Shown piece by piece: positions 22,726 to 34,152 of a stretch of 64,000 bases of DNA. The position numbers were made by a program, and so were the translations under genes. Source of the stretch: Gammaproteobacteria bacterium (GTDB lineage Bacteria > Pseudomonadota > Gammaproteobacteria > SZUA-140); assembly GCA_020847075.1 (NCBI GenBank), contig JADLCS010000046.1:6295-70294 (forward strand), written 5' to 3'. The notes under the pieces are model-generated. The model saw nothing but the letters and a program-made list of their open reading frames with translations. It was not told the origin of the DNA and ran no database searches. Every line of letters starts with the position of its first letter. Position 1 is the first letter of the stretch.

Positions 22726-23637
22726 TCAGTTCGCGGACACCGGCTGCATGTACGAAATGGGCGCCGGCTGATCCCCCTGGAACGTGACCAGCTCCCAGGC
22801 CTCCCGATCGGCCATCAGTCCACGCAGGAGCATATTATTGAGGGCATGCCCCGATTTGTAGCCGCTGAAGGCACCGATCAGGCTGTGACCGAGCAGATAG
22901 AGGTCACCGATCGCGTCGAGCACCTTGTGCTTGACGAATTCGTCCTCGTAGCGCAGTCCGTCCTCGTTCAGGATCCGGTAATCGTCGACCACCACGGCAT
23001 TGTTCAGGCTGCCGCCCAGCACGAGATTCATCTCGCGCAGGCGCTCGTAGTCGCGCATGAAACCGAAGGTGCGCGCGCGACTGATCTCCTTGACGAAAGA
23101 GGTGGTCGAGAAATCGATGCAGGCTTCCTTGGTCCGGCCGCGGAAGGCGGGATGATTGAAATCGATGGCGAAGGAAACCTTGAACCCCTCGAAGGGGTCG
23201 AAGCGCGCCCATTTGTCGCCGTCCTCCACCTGGACGGTGCGCTTGATCCGGATGAAGCGCTTGGGGGCATTCTGTTCCTCGATGCCCGCGGACTGGATCA
23301 GGAACACGAAGGGACCCGCGCTGCCGTCCATGATCGGCACCTCGGGCGCGCTGAGATCGACATAGGCATTGTCGATGCCGAGACCGGCGAAGGCGGACAG
23401 GAGGTGCTCCACCGTGGAGATGCGCACCTCGCCCTTCACCAGGGTGGTGGAGAGGGTCGTTTCCCCGACGTTCTCCTCGCGCGCCGGAATCTCGACGGGC
23501 TCATCGAGATCCACCCGGCGAAAGATGATGCCGGAGTCCGCGGCGGCGGGGCGCAGCGTGAGAAAGATCTTTTTCCCGGTATGTAAACCGACTCCTGTCG
23601 CCCGTATGACGTTTTTGAGCGTACGCTGTCTCAGCAT
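22726..23637 (-). CDS. lpxC: UDP-3-O-acyl-N-acetylglucosamine deacetylase
   Basis: [23 protein letters not shown].. (303 aa) from ATG 23637, preceded by AAGGA. The tracked ORF 22726..23733 carries a spurious 32-aa extension. Confidence 0.95.
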   Translation of the reverse strand: MLRQRTLKNVIRATGVGLHTGKKIFLTLRPAAADSGIIFRRVDLDEPVEIPAREENVGETTLSTTLVKGEVRISTVEHLLSAFAGLGIDNAYVDLSAPEVPIMDGSAGPFVFLIQSAGIEEQNAPKRFIRIKRTVQVEDGDKWARFDPFEGFKVSFAIDFNHPAFRGRTKEACIDFSTTSFVKEISRARTFGFMRDYERLREMNLVLGGSLNNAVVVDDYRILNEDGLRYEDEFVKHKVLDAIGDLYLLGHSLIGAFSGYKSGHALNNMLLRGLMADREAWELVTFQGDQPAPISYMQPVSAN

Positions 23638-23839
23638 CAATCCTTGTCCCTGATCGCACCGCGGGCGCCTTACCCGCAAAAATTTTCGGCGAATATAGCA
23701 CAGCACCATACGCCTGCCTAGAAATAACCGCAATGGTTATCGGCCGCGCCGGCCCATCCTGTAATGACGACGGGATTTCATTTCCCGCTCCGTCTTTCCC
23801 GCCCCGTCGACACCCGATTTATTCAGCGGCCGGCCCCCA

Positions 23840-25021
23840 TCAGTCGGCCTGCCGGCGGAGAAAGGCCGGGATATCCAGGTAGTCCATATTGGTGGTGCCG
23901 TCCTTGAGCACGGCCGCCTCGTCGAGGGTCCGGTTGCGGGTAAACGCCGGCCGCTCCAGCGGGGCGTAATCGACATCGCCGCTCGCCTTGCGCATCGGCT
24001 CCGCCACCTTTTCCACCACCTTGAGCTGGATCTCCTCCGGCTTCTGCACCCGCTCCTGGGGCAGGCCCAGCCCCGTCGCCACGACGGTCACCCGCAGCTC
24101 GTCGCCCATCTCGGGGTCGATCACCGTCCCCACCACCACGGTCGCGTTCTCGGACGCGAAGGACTTGATGGTATTGCCGACCTCCTCGAACTCGCCGATC
24201 GACATGTCCAGCCCGGCAGTGACGTTCACCAGGATGCCGCGCGCACCCTGCAGATCAATATCTTCCAGCAAGGGGCTCGCGATCGCCGCCTCCGCCGCCT
24301 CGCGGGCGCGGTTCTCGCCGCGGTGGCTGCCCGAACCCATCATGGCCATGCCCATCTCGGACATCACCGTGCGCACGTCGGCGAAGTCGACATTGATCAG
24401 GCCGGGGCGGGTGATCAGTTCCGCGATGCCCTGCACGGCGCCGAGCAGCACGTTGTTCGCGGCCTTGAACGCGTCCAGCAGCGTCACCGACTTGCCGAGC
24501 ACCGACAGCAGCTTCTCGTTCGGGATGGTGATCAGCGAGTCCACGTACTGGCTCAACTCATTGATGCCCTCCTCGGCGATCTTGGCGCGCTTGCGTCCCT
24601 CGAAGGAGAACGGCTTGGTCACCACGGCCACGGTCAGGATGCCCATCTCGCGCGCGGTCTGCGCCACTACCGGCACGCCGCCGGTGCCGGTGCCGCCGCC
24701 CATGCCCGCCGTGATGAAGACCATGTCGGCGCCCTGCAGCACCTCGACGATGCGGTCGCGATCCTCCAGCGCGGCCTGCCGCCCGATCTCGGGATTGGCG
24801 CCGGCGCCGAGACCCTTGGTGATCCCCGTTCCGAGCTGGAGCGTGGTGCGCGCGGACGACGCCTTCAGCGCCTGGGCATCGGTGTTCGCGCAGATGAAAT
24901 CGACGCCCTCGATCTGCGCCGACACCATGTGCTCGACGGCGTTGCCGCCGCCCCCTCCCACGCCGATGACCTTGATCACGGCGTTTTGACTGTAGGAATC
25001 CATCAGTTCGAACATCTTCAT
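23840..25021 (-). CDS. ftsZ: cell division GTPase FtsZ
   Basis: 393 aa; [10 protein letters not shown] and the tubulin signature GGGTGTG. Confidence 0.97.
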   Translation of the reverse strand: MKMFELMDSYSQNAVIKVIGVGGGGGNAVEHMVSAQIEGVDFICANTDAQALKASSARTTLQLGTGITKGLGAGANPEIGRQAALEDRDRIVEVLQGADMVFITAGMGGGTGTGGVPVVAQTAREMGILTVAVVTKPFSFEGRKRAKIAEEGINELSQYVDSLITIPNEKLLSVLGKSVTLLDAFKAANNVLLGAVQGIAELITRPGLINVDFADVRTVMSEMGMAMMGSGSHRGENRAREAAEAAIASPLLEDIDLQGARGILVNVTAGLDMSIGEFEEVGNTIKSFASENATVVVGTVIDPEMGDELRVTVVATGLGLPQERVQKPEEIQLKVVEKVAEPMRKASGDVDYAPLERPAFTRNRTLDEAAVLKDGTTNMDYLDIPAFLRRQAD

Positions 25022-25067
25022 TACCTCCTTTTCTGGTAAATATTTAAATACTCAGCCCGTCATTCAT

Positions 25068-26312
25068 TCAGAAATTGCCCTGAAACCAGCCCTTCATCCT
25101 GCCCCATACGCCCTTGACCCCGCCGGCGACGCCGATGCGGGCCGGGGCCTTCCTGCCCCCGAAACGCTGCTGATGTCCGTACAGCAACAGGCCCACCCCG
25201 GTGGCGTAGATCGGATTGCGCACCACGTCGACGAGCCCGCTCACCTTCTGCGGCAGACCCAGCCGCACCGGCGTATGGAATACCTCCTCGGCGAGTTCGA
25301 TCACCCCCTCCATCTTCGCGCTGCCGCCGGTCAGCACCACGCCGGAGGCGATCAGGCTCTCGAAGCCGGAGCGGCGCAACTCCGCCTGCACCAGCGTGAA
25401 CAGCTCGTCGTAACGCGGCTCCACCACCTCGGCCAGCGTCTGCCGCGCCAGGCGCCGCGGCTTGCGCTCGCCGACGCCGGGCACCTCGATGGTCTCGTTC
25501 GGATTGGCCAGCTGGGTGAGCGCGCAGCCGTATTTGATCTTGATCTCCTCGGCATACTGCGTCGGCGTGCGCAGGGCGACCGCGATGTCGTTGGTGACCT
25601 GGTCGCCGGCAATGGGGATCACTGCCGTGTGGCGGATGGAGCCGTCGGTGAACACCGCGATGTCGGTGGTGCCGCCGCCGATATCGACCAGGCATACACC
25701 CAGCCCCTTCTCGTCGTCGGTCAGCACCGCGTAGCTCGATGCGAGCTGTTCCAGGATGATGTCGTCGACCTCGAGCCCGCAGCGGCGCACGCACTTGATG
25801 ATGTTCTGCGCCGCGCTGACCGCGCCGGTCACGATATGCACCTTGGCCTCCAGGCGCACGCCGGACATGCCGACCGGCTCCATGATGCCTTCCTGGTTGT
25901 CGATGATGAATTCCTGCGGCAGGATGTGCAGCATCTTCTGGTCGGCTGGGATCGCGACGGCGCGCGCGGCGTCGATCACGCGATCGACGTCGCCCGGCGC
26001 GACCTCCTCGTCGCGGATCGCCACGATGCCGTGCGAGTTGATGCTGCGGATGTGGCTGCCGGCGATGCCGGTGTACACCGAGTGGATCTCGCAGCCCGCC
26101 ATCAGCTCGGCCTCCTCGACCGCGCGCTGAATGGACTGCACCGTGGACTCGATGTTGACCACGACGCCCTTCTTCAGGCCGCGCGAGGGGTGCGAGCCTA
26201 TCCCGATGATCTCGATCTCGTCGGCGTCGGTCACTTCGCACACGATGGCGACGACCTTCGAGGTGCCGATATCCAGCCCGACGATCAGATCCTTTCCGTC
26301 TCTCTTAGACAT
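25068..26312 (-). CDS. ftsA: cell division protein FtsA
   Basis: 414 aa actin-like ATPase: LIVGLDIGTSKV.., ..DIGGGTTDIAVF... Confidence 0.97.
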   Translation of the reverse strand: MSKRDGKDLIVGLDIGTSKVVAIVCEVTDADEIEIIGIGSHPSRGLKKGVVVNIESTVQSIQRAVEEAELMAGCEIHSVYTGIAGSHIRSINSHGIVAIRDEEVAPGDVDRVIDAARAVAIPADQKMLHILPQEFIIDNQEGIMEPVGMSGVRLEAKVHIVTGAVSAAQNIIKCVRRCGLEVDDIILEQLASSYAVLTDDEKGLGVCLVDIGGGTTDIAVFTDGSIRHTAVIPIAGDQVTNDIAVALRTPTQYAEEIKIKYGCALTQLANPNETIEVPGVGERKPRRLARQTLAEVVEPRYDELFTLVQAELRRSGFESLIASGVVLTGGSAKMEGVIELAEEVFHTPVRLGLPQKVSGLVDVVRNPIYATGVGLLLYGHQQRFGGRKAPARIGVAGGVKGVWGRMKGWFQGNF

Positions 26313-27116
26313 CTACGCTTTGTCTCCAGTATTCTTCGCGCCCGGCCGGCGGGCCGCGTCGTTGCCTGACAGGCGCCATTTCACGGCGAAGCCGTTGGTA
26401 TAACGCAGGTCCACTTCCTCCACATCGGCGACACGCCCCGCCAGCGTCCCGGGATAGAATCGCGCGAAACGCTCGAGCTGCCGTTCACCGTCCTTACGTC
26501 CCAGGATCAGGTGCATCCCGTTGTCGAGCGTCAGCCGCCAGGAGCGCCGCGCGTCCATGCTGAGCCGCGTGATGGCGATCCCCTGCGGGGCGATCTGCTC
26601 GTTCATCCTCGCGTAGGCGCCCATGACCTGCGTCGAAGTGCGTGGCGGCCCCTCCAGCAGGGGCAGTTTCCGCTCTTCCGCGGCGAGCGCCCCGGGATCG
26701 AAGACCTGGCCGGCCGGATTGACCAGCCCGCCCCCCTGCCAACGGGCTACCGCCCGCTCCTCCGTCACGGTGACCTGGAGCACGTCCGGCCACACGCGCC
26801 GCACCGAGGCGCGTTCCACCCAGGGCAGTTCTTCCAGCGCCCGCTTGATCGCCTGCACGTCGGTCTCGAAGAATCCCGCCGCCGCATAGGGCGCGACGAT
26901 CGCCGATAACTCCGCGCTGGTGACGTGGGCGAAGCTCCCCTCCATGCGCAACATCCTGAAGGGAAACTGGGTGCGCTCCATCAGGGTGACGCTGCCCCAC
27001 AGGGTGTGCGCCGTGAATATCACCGCCAGTCCGGCCACCCCCGCCAGCCCCCGTCGCAGATAGCGGTGACGCCATATCTCGCCCCATGCGCGCGCGCGCC
27101 GCCGGCGTCTCTTCAT
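26313..27116 (-). CDS. ftsQ: cell division protein FtsQ
   Basis: 267 aa from ATG 27116, which forms an ATGA overlap with the ddl stop. A TM helix is followed by POTRA/FtsQ-type text (LRMEG..., PWVERASVRRVWPDVLQVTVTEE). The tracked ORF 26313..28028 is an in-frame read-through extension. Confidence 0.9.
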   Translation of the reverse strand: MKRRRRRARAWGEIWRHRYLRRGLAGVAGLAVIFTAHTLWGSVTLMERTQFPFRMLRMEGSFAHVTSAELSAIVAPYAAAGFFETDVQAIKRALEELPWVERASVRRVWPDVLQVTVTEERAVARWQGGGLVNPAGQVFDPGALAAEERKLPLLEGPPRTSTQVMGAYARMNEQIAPQGIAITRLSMDARRSWRLTLDNGMHLILGRKDGERQLERFARFYPGTLAGRVADVEEVDLRYTNGFAVKWRLSGNDAARRPGAKNTGDKA

Positions 27117-28102
27117 GACCCCTCCGCCGCGGACGCCGCCGGCGCATCGAGCGTCTCTTCGAGGATGCGCCATACCAGTTCCTCGAACCCGATCCCGGCC
27201 GCGCGCGCGGCCATCGGCAGCAGCGAATGCGAGGTCATCCCGGGCACCAGATTCGCCTCGAGCAGCCACGGTTCGTCGCAGGCGTCCATGAGAAAATCGA
27301 CGCGGCCCCAGCCGCGCGCGCCGAGCAGATCGAAGGCGCGCAGGCAGAGGTCGCGGACGCGCACCTCGAGCGCGGAGGATAGACCGCTCGGACAGGCGTA
27401 GTGCGTGTCGTTGGAGAGATACTTGGCGCGGTAGTCGTAGAACTCCCCGTCGGGCTCGATGCGGACCGTCGGCAGGGCATGCCGACCCAGGATCGCGCAG
27501 GTAAACTCCGGATTGCCCGCGCCGCAGGAGACGAATCGTTCCGCCATCACGGTCCGGCCGGCGTCGCCGCGGGCGAGGGCGAACGCCGCCTCGATCCCGC
27601 CGGCGTCCTTCACCTTCGTGATGCCGACGCTGGAGCCTTCCTCCGCGGGCTTGACGATGAACGGGTAACCCAGCCCCTCCGCCGCGGCGCGCAGCTCCGC
27701 CACGGATCCCACCAGGCGATAATCCGGCGTCGGCAGACCTTCCGCCCGCCACATCCGCTTGGCGCGCAGCTTGTCCATCGCCAGCGCCGAGGCGAGCACG
27801 CCGCTGCCGGTGCAGCGCAGGCCGATGAGATCGAGCACCGCCTGCAGGGTGCCGTCCTCGCCCACGGTGCCGTGCATCACGTTGAAGGCGCGGTCGAAAC
27901 CCTCGCGCCTGAGGCCGAACAGACGTTCGCGGTCGGGATCGACCCCGTGGGCGTCCACGCCGCGCGCGCGCAGGGCGTCGAGCACGGCCCGGCCGCTCCA
28001 CAGCGATACCTCGCGCTCCGCCGACCATCCGCCCATCAGCACGCAGACGCGGCCGAACACGGCGGGATCGTTGGTCCGGGGGGCGTTCATGCGCTCAGTC
28101 AT
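27113..28102 (-). CDS. ddl: D-alanine--D-alanine ligase
   Basis: 329 aa ATP-grasp protein: VLMGGWSAEREVSLWSG.., ..YPFIVKPAEEGSSVGI.., ..LEANLVPGMT... Confidence 0.95.
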   Translation of the reverse strand: MTERMNAPRTNDPAVFGRVCVLMGGWSAEREVSLWSGRAVLDALRARGVDAHGVDPDRERLFGLRREGFDRAFNVMHGTVGEDGTLQAVLDLIGLRCTGSGVLASALAMDKLRAKRMWRAEGLPTPDYRLVGSVAELRAAAEGLGYPFIVKPAEEGSSVGITKVKDAGGIEAAFALARGDAGRTVMAERFVSCGAGNPEFTCAILGRHALPTVRIEPDGEFYDYRAKYLSNDTHYACPSGLSSALEVRVRDLCLRAFDLLGARGWGRVDFLMDACDEPWLLEANLVPGMTSHSLLPMAARAAGIGFEELVWRILEETLDAPAASAAEGS

Positions 28103-29015
28103 GACCGCCCTCCGCCACCGGCTCGCCGACGATCCTCACCTCCGGCGCCAGTCGCACGCCCTGCTGCCGCTCTACGGTGTCGCGCACGCGCAGGATCAGG
28201 GCCTCGATGTCGGCGGCGGTGGCTGTACCGTCGTTGACGATGAAATTGGCGTGCTTGCGCGACACCTCCGCCCCGCCGACGCGCGTACCCTTGAGACCGC
28301 AGGCCTCGATCAACCGGCCGGCGTAATCGCCGGGCGGATTGCGGAACACCGAGCCGCAGCTCGGCTGGCCGGTCGGCTGCAGATCGGTACGGCGGGCGAG
28401 CAGTTCCCTGATGCGCGCGCGCGCCGCGTCCGCATCGCCGGGCCGCAGCCGCAGCCGCGCGGCGACGAACCATTCGCCGGCGGGCCCCTGCACGCTGCGA
28501 TAACCGACGCGGTACTGGTCCGGCGTGCGGCGCGTCAGCCGGCCCTGCCGGTCGATCGTGTCGACGGACTGCACCAGCGGCCAGGTCTCGCCACCGAAGG
28601 CGCCCGCGTTCATCGCCAGCGCACCGCCCATCGTCCCGGGGATGCCGACCAGGAACTCGGCCCCGACCAGCCCCGCGCCCGCGCAATGGCGCGCCACCTT
28701 GGCGCAGGGTACGCCGGCGCCGACCTCCACGACGTCATCGTTCAAGGACGCGATCCCGTCGAGCGCGCCGTTGGTGGCGATGACGCTGCCGCGGATCCCG
28801 CCGTCGCGCACCAGCAGGTTGCTGCCCAGTCCGATCCACAGCACGGCCTCGTCCGCCGGCAGGTCCCGCAGATAACACGCGAGATCGTCGAGATCCGCCG
28901 GCTCGTAGTAACGATCGGCCGGACCGCCCACGCGCCATGAGGTGTGGCGCGCCATCGGTTCACCGCGACGCAGGACGCCGCGCGGGGAGCGGGACGACTC
29001 GTCCAGCGCCATCAT
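28095..29015 (-). CDS. murB: UDP-N-acetylenolpyruvoylglucosamine reductase
   Basis: 306 aa; FAD-binding domain text WRVGGPAD.., [10 protein letters not shown], and the C-terminal ..[12 protein letters not shown]... Confidence 0.93.
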   Translation of the reverse strand: MMALDESSRSPRGVLRRGEPMARHTSWRVGGPADRYYEPADLDDLACYLRDLPADEAVLWIGLGSNLLVRDGGIRGSVIATNGALDGIASLNDDVVEVGAGVPCAKVARHCAGAGLVGAEFLVGIPGTMGGALAMNAGAFGGETWPLVQSVDTIDRQGRLTRRTPDQYRVGYRSVQGPAGEWFVAARLRLRPGDADAARARIRELLARRTDLQPTGQPSCGSVFRNPPGDYAGRLIEACGLKGTRVGGAEVSRKHANFIVNDGTATAADIEALILRVRDTVERQQGVRLAPEVRIVGEPVAEGGHD

Positions 29016-30475
29016 GGCTCACCCTCCGCGCGCAGTTGCGCGGCCAGCCGCCCCGCCAGCGCCCCGATGTCGCCGGCGCCCATGGTCAGCAGGATGTCAC
29101 CTTCGACCAGCGTCGCCCGCAGCACGCAGGCGAGCTCCGCGCCGTCGCGCACGAACACCGGCTCGAGGCGGCCGCGCGCGCGGATCGCGCGGCACAGCGT
29201 GCGCGCGTCGATGCCCGGGATGGGATCCTCGCCGGCCGCGTAGACCTCCAGCATGAGCAGTTCGTCCGGCTCCGACAGCACGGCGCTGAAATCCTCGAAC
29301 AGGTCACGCGTGCGGGTATAGCGGTGCGGCTGGAAGACCAGCACCAGGCGCCGCTCCGGCCAGCCGGAGCGGATCGCCTGCACCACCGCCTGGATCTCGC
29401 GCGGGTGATGGCCGTAGTCGTCGATCATCAGGACGCGCCCGCCCGGGGCCGTGATCTCGCCATAGGCCTGGAAGCGCCGGCCGATGCCCTGGAAACCCTG
29501 CAAGCCGCGCAGCACGGCCTCGTCCGGCACGCCGAGCTCGCGCGCCACCGCCATCGCCGCGAGCGCGTTCAGCACGTTGTGGCGCCCGGCCAGGTTCAGC
29601 CGCACCTCCAGCGGGACGGGATCGCCGGGGCGGACGACGCTGAAGCGGGACATGGCCCCCGCGTGGACGACGTCCCCGGCACGGAAGTCCGCCGGCTCCG
29701 ATATGCCGTAGGTGACCAGCGGACGCGAGATCTCGGGCAGTATCGAGCGGATCACCGGATCGTCCACGCAGACCACGGCCAGGCCATAAAACGGCAGGTT
29801 GTGCAGAAAATCGATGAAGGCCTGGCGCAACTGGGCGAAATCGCCGTGATAGGTCTCCATGTGGTCGGCGTCGATGTTGGTGACCACCGCCAGCAGCGGC
29901 TGCAGATGCAGGAAGGAGGCGTCGCTCTCGTCGGCCTCGGCGACCAGATAATTGCTGCCGCCCAGGCGCGCATTGGCGCCGGCGCTGTTCAGGCGCCCGC
30001 CGATCACGAAGGTGGGATCGAGCCCGCCCTCCGCCAGCAGGCTGGCGATCAGGCTGGTCACGGTGGTCTTGCCGTGAGTGCCGGCGACCGCCACGCCGTA
30101 GCGGAAGCGCATCAGCTCGGCGAGCATGGCGGCGCGCGGCACGATGGGGATGCGCCGCCGCTGGGCCGCCACGATCTCCGGGTTGTCGTCCCCGACGGCG
30201 CTCGACCTCACCACCACGTCGCAGTCCTCGATCAGTCCGGCGTCGTGACCGGCCGAGATCCGGATGCCGCACTGGCTCAGGCGCCGGGTGGCGGCGTTGT
30301 CGGACAGGTCCGAGCCCGACACCGTGTAGCCGAGGTTGTGCAACACCTCCGCGATCCCGTTCATGCCGGAGCCGCCGATGCCCACGAAATGGATATGGCG
30401 CACGCGGCCCATGCGCACGGCGGGCTGCGCGCCGGCGGCCGTCGGCATGCCCGCTTCGACGCCCGGGCTAACCAT
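29012..30475 (-). CDS. murC: UDP-N-acetylmuramate--L-alanine ligase
   Basis: 487 aa; [20 protein letters not shown] and [10 protein letters not shown]. The start could instead be 30448 or 30412. Confidence 0.95.
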   Translation of the reverse strand: MVSPGVEAGMPTAAGAQPAVRMGRVRHIHFVGIGGSGMNGIAEVLHNLGYTVSGSDLSDNAATRRLSQCGIRISAGHDAGLIEDCDVVVRSSAVGDDNPEIVAAQRRRIPIVPRAAMLAELMRFRYGVAVAGTHGKTTVTSLIASLLAEGGLDPTFVIGGRLNSAGANARLGGSNYLVAEADESDASFLHLQPLLAVVTNIDADHMETYHGDFAQLRQAFIDFLHNLPFYGLAVVCVDDPVIRSILPEISRPLVTYGISEPADFRAGDVVHAGAMSRFSVVRPGDPVPLEVRLNLAGRHNVLNALAAMAVARELGVPDEAVLRGLQGFQGIGRRFQAYGEITAPGGRVLMIDDYGHHPREIQAVVQAIRSGWPERRLVLVFQPHRYTRTRDLFEDFSAVLSEPDELLMLEVYAAGEDPIPGIDARTLCRAIRARGRLEPVFVRDGAELACVLRATLVEGDILLTMGAGDIGALAGRLAAQLRAEGEP

Positions 30476-31562
30476 GGGCGGCCTCCAGGCAAAAGCGGGC
30501 CACCTGACGCGCCGAATCCGGGCGCGCCAGCCGCCGCGCGGCCTGCGCCAGCCGCAGGATATCGCCGCGGTCGCCGCCGGCGACGGCGCGGCAGAATCCG
30601 CCCAGCAGCTCGATCAGGCGCGCCTCCAGCGCGGCATCCTGCGCCAGCCGCAGGCCGGCGCCGGCCTCGACCAGGCAGTCCGCGTTGCGTGTCTGATGAT
30701 CGTCCGCCGCGTGCGGAAACGGGATCAGGATCGACCCGACCCCGGCCGCGGTCAGCTCGGCGATGGTCAACGCCCCGGCGCGGCAGACCACCAGATCCGC
30801 CCACGCGTAGGCCGCCGCCATGTCGTCGATGAAGGGCTGCACCTCGGCCGGGACGGCGAGCGCGGCGTAGCCCTGCTCGACCATCGCGGCCTGTGTACGG
30901 CCGCTCTGATGGCGGATCTGCGGGCGCTCCGCCGCCGGCAGCGCGGCGATCACGCGCGGCAACGCCTCGTTCAGGGCCTGCGCGCCCTGGCTGCCGCCGA
31001 GCACGAGCAGGCGCAGCGGGCCCGCGCGATCGCACAGGCGCTCCCCGGGCCCGGGCAGGGCCGCGATATCCGCGCGCACCGGATTGCCGGTCAGGTGCGG
31101 ATGCCGCCGCGCGGGCAGCGCGCCGGGAAACGCCACCATGCAGCGGTCGGCGAGCGCGGCCAGCCAGCGATTGGTCAGGCCCGCAACGGCGTTCTGCTCG
31201 TGCACCAGCAGGGGCTTGCGCAACAGCCAGGTCGTGAGGCCGCCCGGTCCGGCCGCGAAACCGCCCATGCCGAGCACCGCCATGGGCCGGAAGCGCAGGA
31301 TGATCCCCAGGGATTGCAGCATCGCCCAGGCCAGCCGGAACGGCAGCGACAGCCAGCGGATCGGGCCCTTCCCGCGCAACCCGCCGATGGCGACCGGCGC
31401 CAACGTGAAGCCCGCGCGCGGCACGATCTCGGCCTCGAGGCCGTGGCGCGTGCCGAGCCACAGCACCTCGGCGCCCTCGGCGCGCAGCTCGCGCGCCACG
31501 GCGAGCGCGGGGAAGACATGCCCGCCGGTGCCGCCCGCCATGATCAGGATGCGCGCCGTCAT
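30468..31562 (-). CDS. murG: UDP-N-acetylglucosamine--N-acetylmuramyl-(pentapeptide) pyrophosphoryl-undecaprenol GlcNAc transferase
   Basis: 364 aa from ATG 31562 ([23 protein letters not shown]..), overlapping the ftsW stop by 4 nt. Tracked ORF 30468..32840 is a read-through extension. Confidence 0.95.
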   Translation of the reverse strand: MTARILIMAGGTGGHVFPALAVARELRAEGAEVLWLGTRHGLEAEIVPRAGFTLAPVAIGGLRGKGPIRWLSLPFRLAWAMLQSLGIILRFRPMAVLGMGGFAAGPGGLTTWLLRKPLLVHEQNAVAGLTNRWLAALADRCMVAFPGALPARRHPHLTGNPVRADIAALPGPGERLCDRAGPLRLLVLGGSQGAQALNEALPRVIAALPAAERPQIRHQSGRTQAAMVEQGYAALAVPAEVQPFIDDMAAAYAWADLVVCRAGALTIAELTAAGVGSILIPFPHAADDHQTRNADCLVEAGAGLRLAQDAALEARLIELLGGFCRAVAGGDRGDILRLAQAARRLARPDSARQVARFCLEAAHG

Positions 31563-32743
31563 CTCAGTACGCCTCCCACGTGGCGCTGCAGGACCCGGCG
31601 CGACTCGAGGTCGATGCGCAGCAACAGGCCCATGGCCATGCAGGCCGCCAGCATACTGCTGCCGCCGTAGCTCATCAGGGGAAGCGTGAGGCCCTTGGTG
31701 GGCAGCAGCCCCATGTTCACGGCGATGTTGGTATAGGCCTGCAGGCCGAACCATAGACCGAGCCCGCTGGCCAGATAGGCGGCGAACGGCCTCCCGGCCG
31801 CCTCGGCGCGACGCGCGATCATGAAACCCTTCACCACGATATAGGTGAACAGGGCGATCACCGCGAGCGAGCCGGCGAGGCCGAGCTCCTCGGCGATCAC
31901 CGCGAACAGGAAGTCCGTGTGCGCCTCCGGCAGGTAAAACAGTTTCTGTATGGACCCGCCCAGGCCGACGCCGAACCATTCGCCGCGCCCGAACGCGATG
32001 AGGGCCTGGGTCAACTGGAAACCGCTGGCGAAGGGATCGGCCCAGGGATTCAGGAAGGCGGTGATACGCGCCATGCGGTACGGCGACGAGATCGCGAGCA
32101 CGGCGAGCGCCAGCAGCCCGAACACCAGCAGCGCGCCGAACTGCCAGAGGCGCACACCGCCCAGCAGCATCATGCCCATTGCGGTGCCCATGAGCACCGC
32201 GAAGGCCCCGAAATCGGGCTCCGCCAGCAGCAGCACGCCCATCACCGCGAGCACGGCCATCGGTTTGAGGAAACCGCGCACCGCGCTGCGCACCTCGTCG
32301 CCGCGCCGGACCAGATAGCCGGCGAGATAGATGATCGTGAAGAGCTTGGCGAATTCCGACGGCTGCACCCGGGCGACACCGAGCGACAGCCAGCGCGTGC
32401 TGCCGTTCACCTCCCGTCCGACCCCGGGGATCAGCACCAGGATCAGCAGCGCGAAGGCGGCGATGAGCAGCATCCCGCTGTGCCGCTCGAGGAATTCCAG
32501 CGACAGGGTGGAAAAGACCAGGTAACCCGCCAGCACGCTCACTCCGATGTAGACGAGCTGGTGCGTCAGATAATAGCTCGACTGGCCCAGCTCGCGTTCG
32601 GCGACGCCGAACGAGGCCGAGGCCATCATCACCAGGCCGAAGCCCAGGGCGATCGCCACGGCGTAGAGCAGCCCCATGTCGGTGCCCGGGGAGTCTTCGC
32701 CGCGCAGGGCGCGCTGTCCACGCGAGAGCAGGCGCGCGATCAC
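31559..32743 (-). CDS. ftsW: lipid II flippase / SEDS peptidoglycan polymerase FtsW
   Basis: About 394 aa polytopic SEDS protein (..LPEAHTDFLFAVIAEELG.., ..PTKGLTLPLMSYGGSS..). GTG 32743 overlaps the murD stop (GTGA). ATG 32677 is an alternative start. Confidence 0.92.
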   Translation of the reverse strand: MIARLLSRGQRALRGEDSPGTDMGLLYAVAIALGFGLVMMASASFGVAERELGQSSYYLTHQLVYIGVSVLAGYLVFSTLSLEFLERHSGMLLIAAFALLILVLIPGVGREVNGSTRWLSLGVARVQPSEFAKLFTIIYLAGYLVRRGDEVRSAVRGFLKPMAVLAVMGVLLLAEPDFGAFAVLMGTAMGMMLLGGVRLWQFGALLVFGLLALAVLAISSPYRMARITAFLNPWADPFASGFQLTQALIAFGRGEWFGVGLGGSIQKLFYLPEAHTDFLFAVIAEELGLAGSLAVIALFTYIVVKGFMIARRAEAAGRPFAAYLASGLGLWFGLQAYTNIAVNMGLLPTKGLTLPLMSYGGSSMLAACMAMGLLLRIDLESRRVLQRHVGGVLR

Positions 32744-34152
32744 GGGGCCATCTCCTCGAAGGCGGCCACGAAACGGCGGCCGCGGTCCTCGTAGCCCTGG
32801 AACATGTCGAAACTCGCGCAGGCCGGAGACAAAAGCACACTGTCCCCGGGGCGCGCCAGAGTGGCGGCGCGCGCGACGGCGGCGTGCATGTCGCCGGCGT
32901 AATGGATCGAGGCGACGTTGTCCAGCGCGGCCTCGATCAGGGGCGCGTCGCGTCCGATCAGCACCACGGCGCGCGCCTTGGCGGCGACCAGTTCGCGCAG
33001 CGGGGAGAAATCCTGCCCCTTGCCGAGCCCGCCGGCGATCAGCACCACGCGACCGGGCAGCCCGCCCAGGGCCGCCAGGGTGGCCCCGACGTTGGTCCCC
33101 TTGGAGTCGTTGAACCAGCGCACCCCGCGCCGCTCGCCGATCAGTTGCGTGCGGTGCGGCAGGCCGGTGAAGGTGCGCAGCGCGGTCAGCATCGCGCCGC
33201 GGGACAGACCGACGGCGGCGCCGAGCACCAGCGCGGCCAACGCATTGAGCGCGTTGTGGCTCCCGCGCAGGCCGAGGTCGTCCAGCGCGATCAGGCGTTC
33301 GTCTCCCAGCGCCAGCCAGGTCCGACCGGCGTCGTCGACCAGGCCGTATTCCCCTTCCGCCGGGACGCCGGCACCGAAGCTCACGACGTGCCGCCGCGCC
33401 GGGATGCATACGCGGAGGCTGGGATCGTCGCGGTTGACGACCACGACGCCGTCGCCGGCATGGATGCGCAGCTTGGCGTCCAGGTAGGCCTGCATGTCGG
33501 GATAGCGGTCGAGGTGATCCGGGCTCAGGTTGAGAACCACCGCGGCACGCGGGTTCAGGCTCGCGGTGGCCTCCAGTTGGAAGCTCGACAGCTCCAGCAC
33601 ATAGAGCTCCGGCGGCGCCGCCTGCAGCAGGTCCAGCGCCGGCGTGCCGATGTTCCCGCCCACGCGCACATCGCGGCCGTCCGCCCGCGCCATGGCGCCG
33701 ACCAGCGCGGTCACCGTGCTCTTGCCGTTGGATCCGGTGATGGCCGCCACCGGCGCGTCCGCGCAGCGCGCGAACAGCTCGATATCCCCCAGCACCGGCA
33801 GGCCGAGATCGCGGGCGCGCCGCACATACGGTTCCTCCTGCGCGACGCCGGGGCTGAGCAGGATGCGGGCGCAGCGTTCCAGCGCCGGCGCGGAGAATTC
33901 CCCCAGATGCAACGGCACGTCCGCCAGTTCGCGCCGGGCGACGTCGGCGCCGGGCGGCTCGGCGCGGTTGTCCGTGATCTCGACCGGCAGGCCGAGATCG
34001 CGCAGCAGGCGCGCGCACGACAGGCCCGTGAGGCCGAGCCCGACCACGAGGGTCACGCCGTCGAAACCGAGGCGCGCGCGCAGCCCGCGGCGCCACTCCG
34101 GATCGGAGCGCGTCGTGACGGGGAGATCGCGGTCGACGGGCTGGGCGTTCAT
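32740..34152 (-). CDS. murD: UDP-N-acetylmuramoylalanine--D-glutamate ligase
   Basis: 470 aa from ATG 34152, with an ATGA overlap with the mraY stop. VVGLGLTGLSCARLL and ITGSNGKSTVT. Confidence 0.95.
   Translation of the reverse strand: MNAQPVDRDLPVTTRSDPEWRRGLRARLGFDGVTLVVGLGLTGLSCARLLRDLGLPVEITDNRAEPPGADVARRELADVPLHLGEFSAPALERCARILLSPGVAQEEPYVRRARDLGLPVLGDIELFARCADAPVAAITGSNGKSTVTALVGAMARADGRDVRVGGNIGTPALDLLQAAPPELYVLELSSFQLEATASLNPRAAVVLNLSPDHLDRYPDMQAYLDAKLRIHAGDGVVVVNRDDPSLRVCIPARRHVVSFGAGVPAEGEYGLVDDAGRTWLALGDERLIALDDLGLRGSHNALNALAALVLGAAVGLSRGAMLTALRTFTGLPHRTQLIGERRGVRWFNDSKGTNVGATLAALGGLPGRVVLIAGGLGKGQDFSPLRELVAAKARAVVLIGRDAPLIEAALDNVASIHYAGDMHAAVARAATLARPGDSVLLSPACASFDMFQGYEDRGRRFVAAFEEMAP

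Noticed and set aside
30468-32840. Fused mega-ORFs in the dcw cluster (also 26313..28028, 31559..34096, 32740..34968, 35236..37365, 36699..38942, 38237..40453, 40299..41465)
   Set aside because: Each real gene begins at an internal ATG or GTG that overlaps the upstream stop. The N-terminal extensions are out-of-frame read-throughs of the preceding gene and translate to Arg-rich nonsense.
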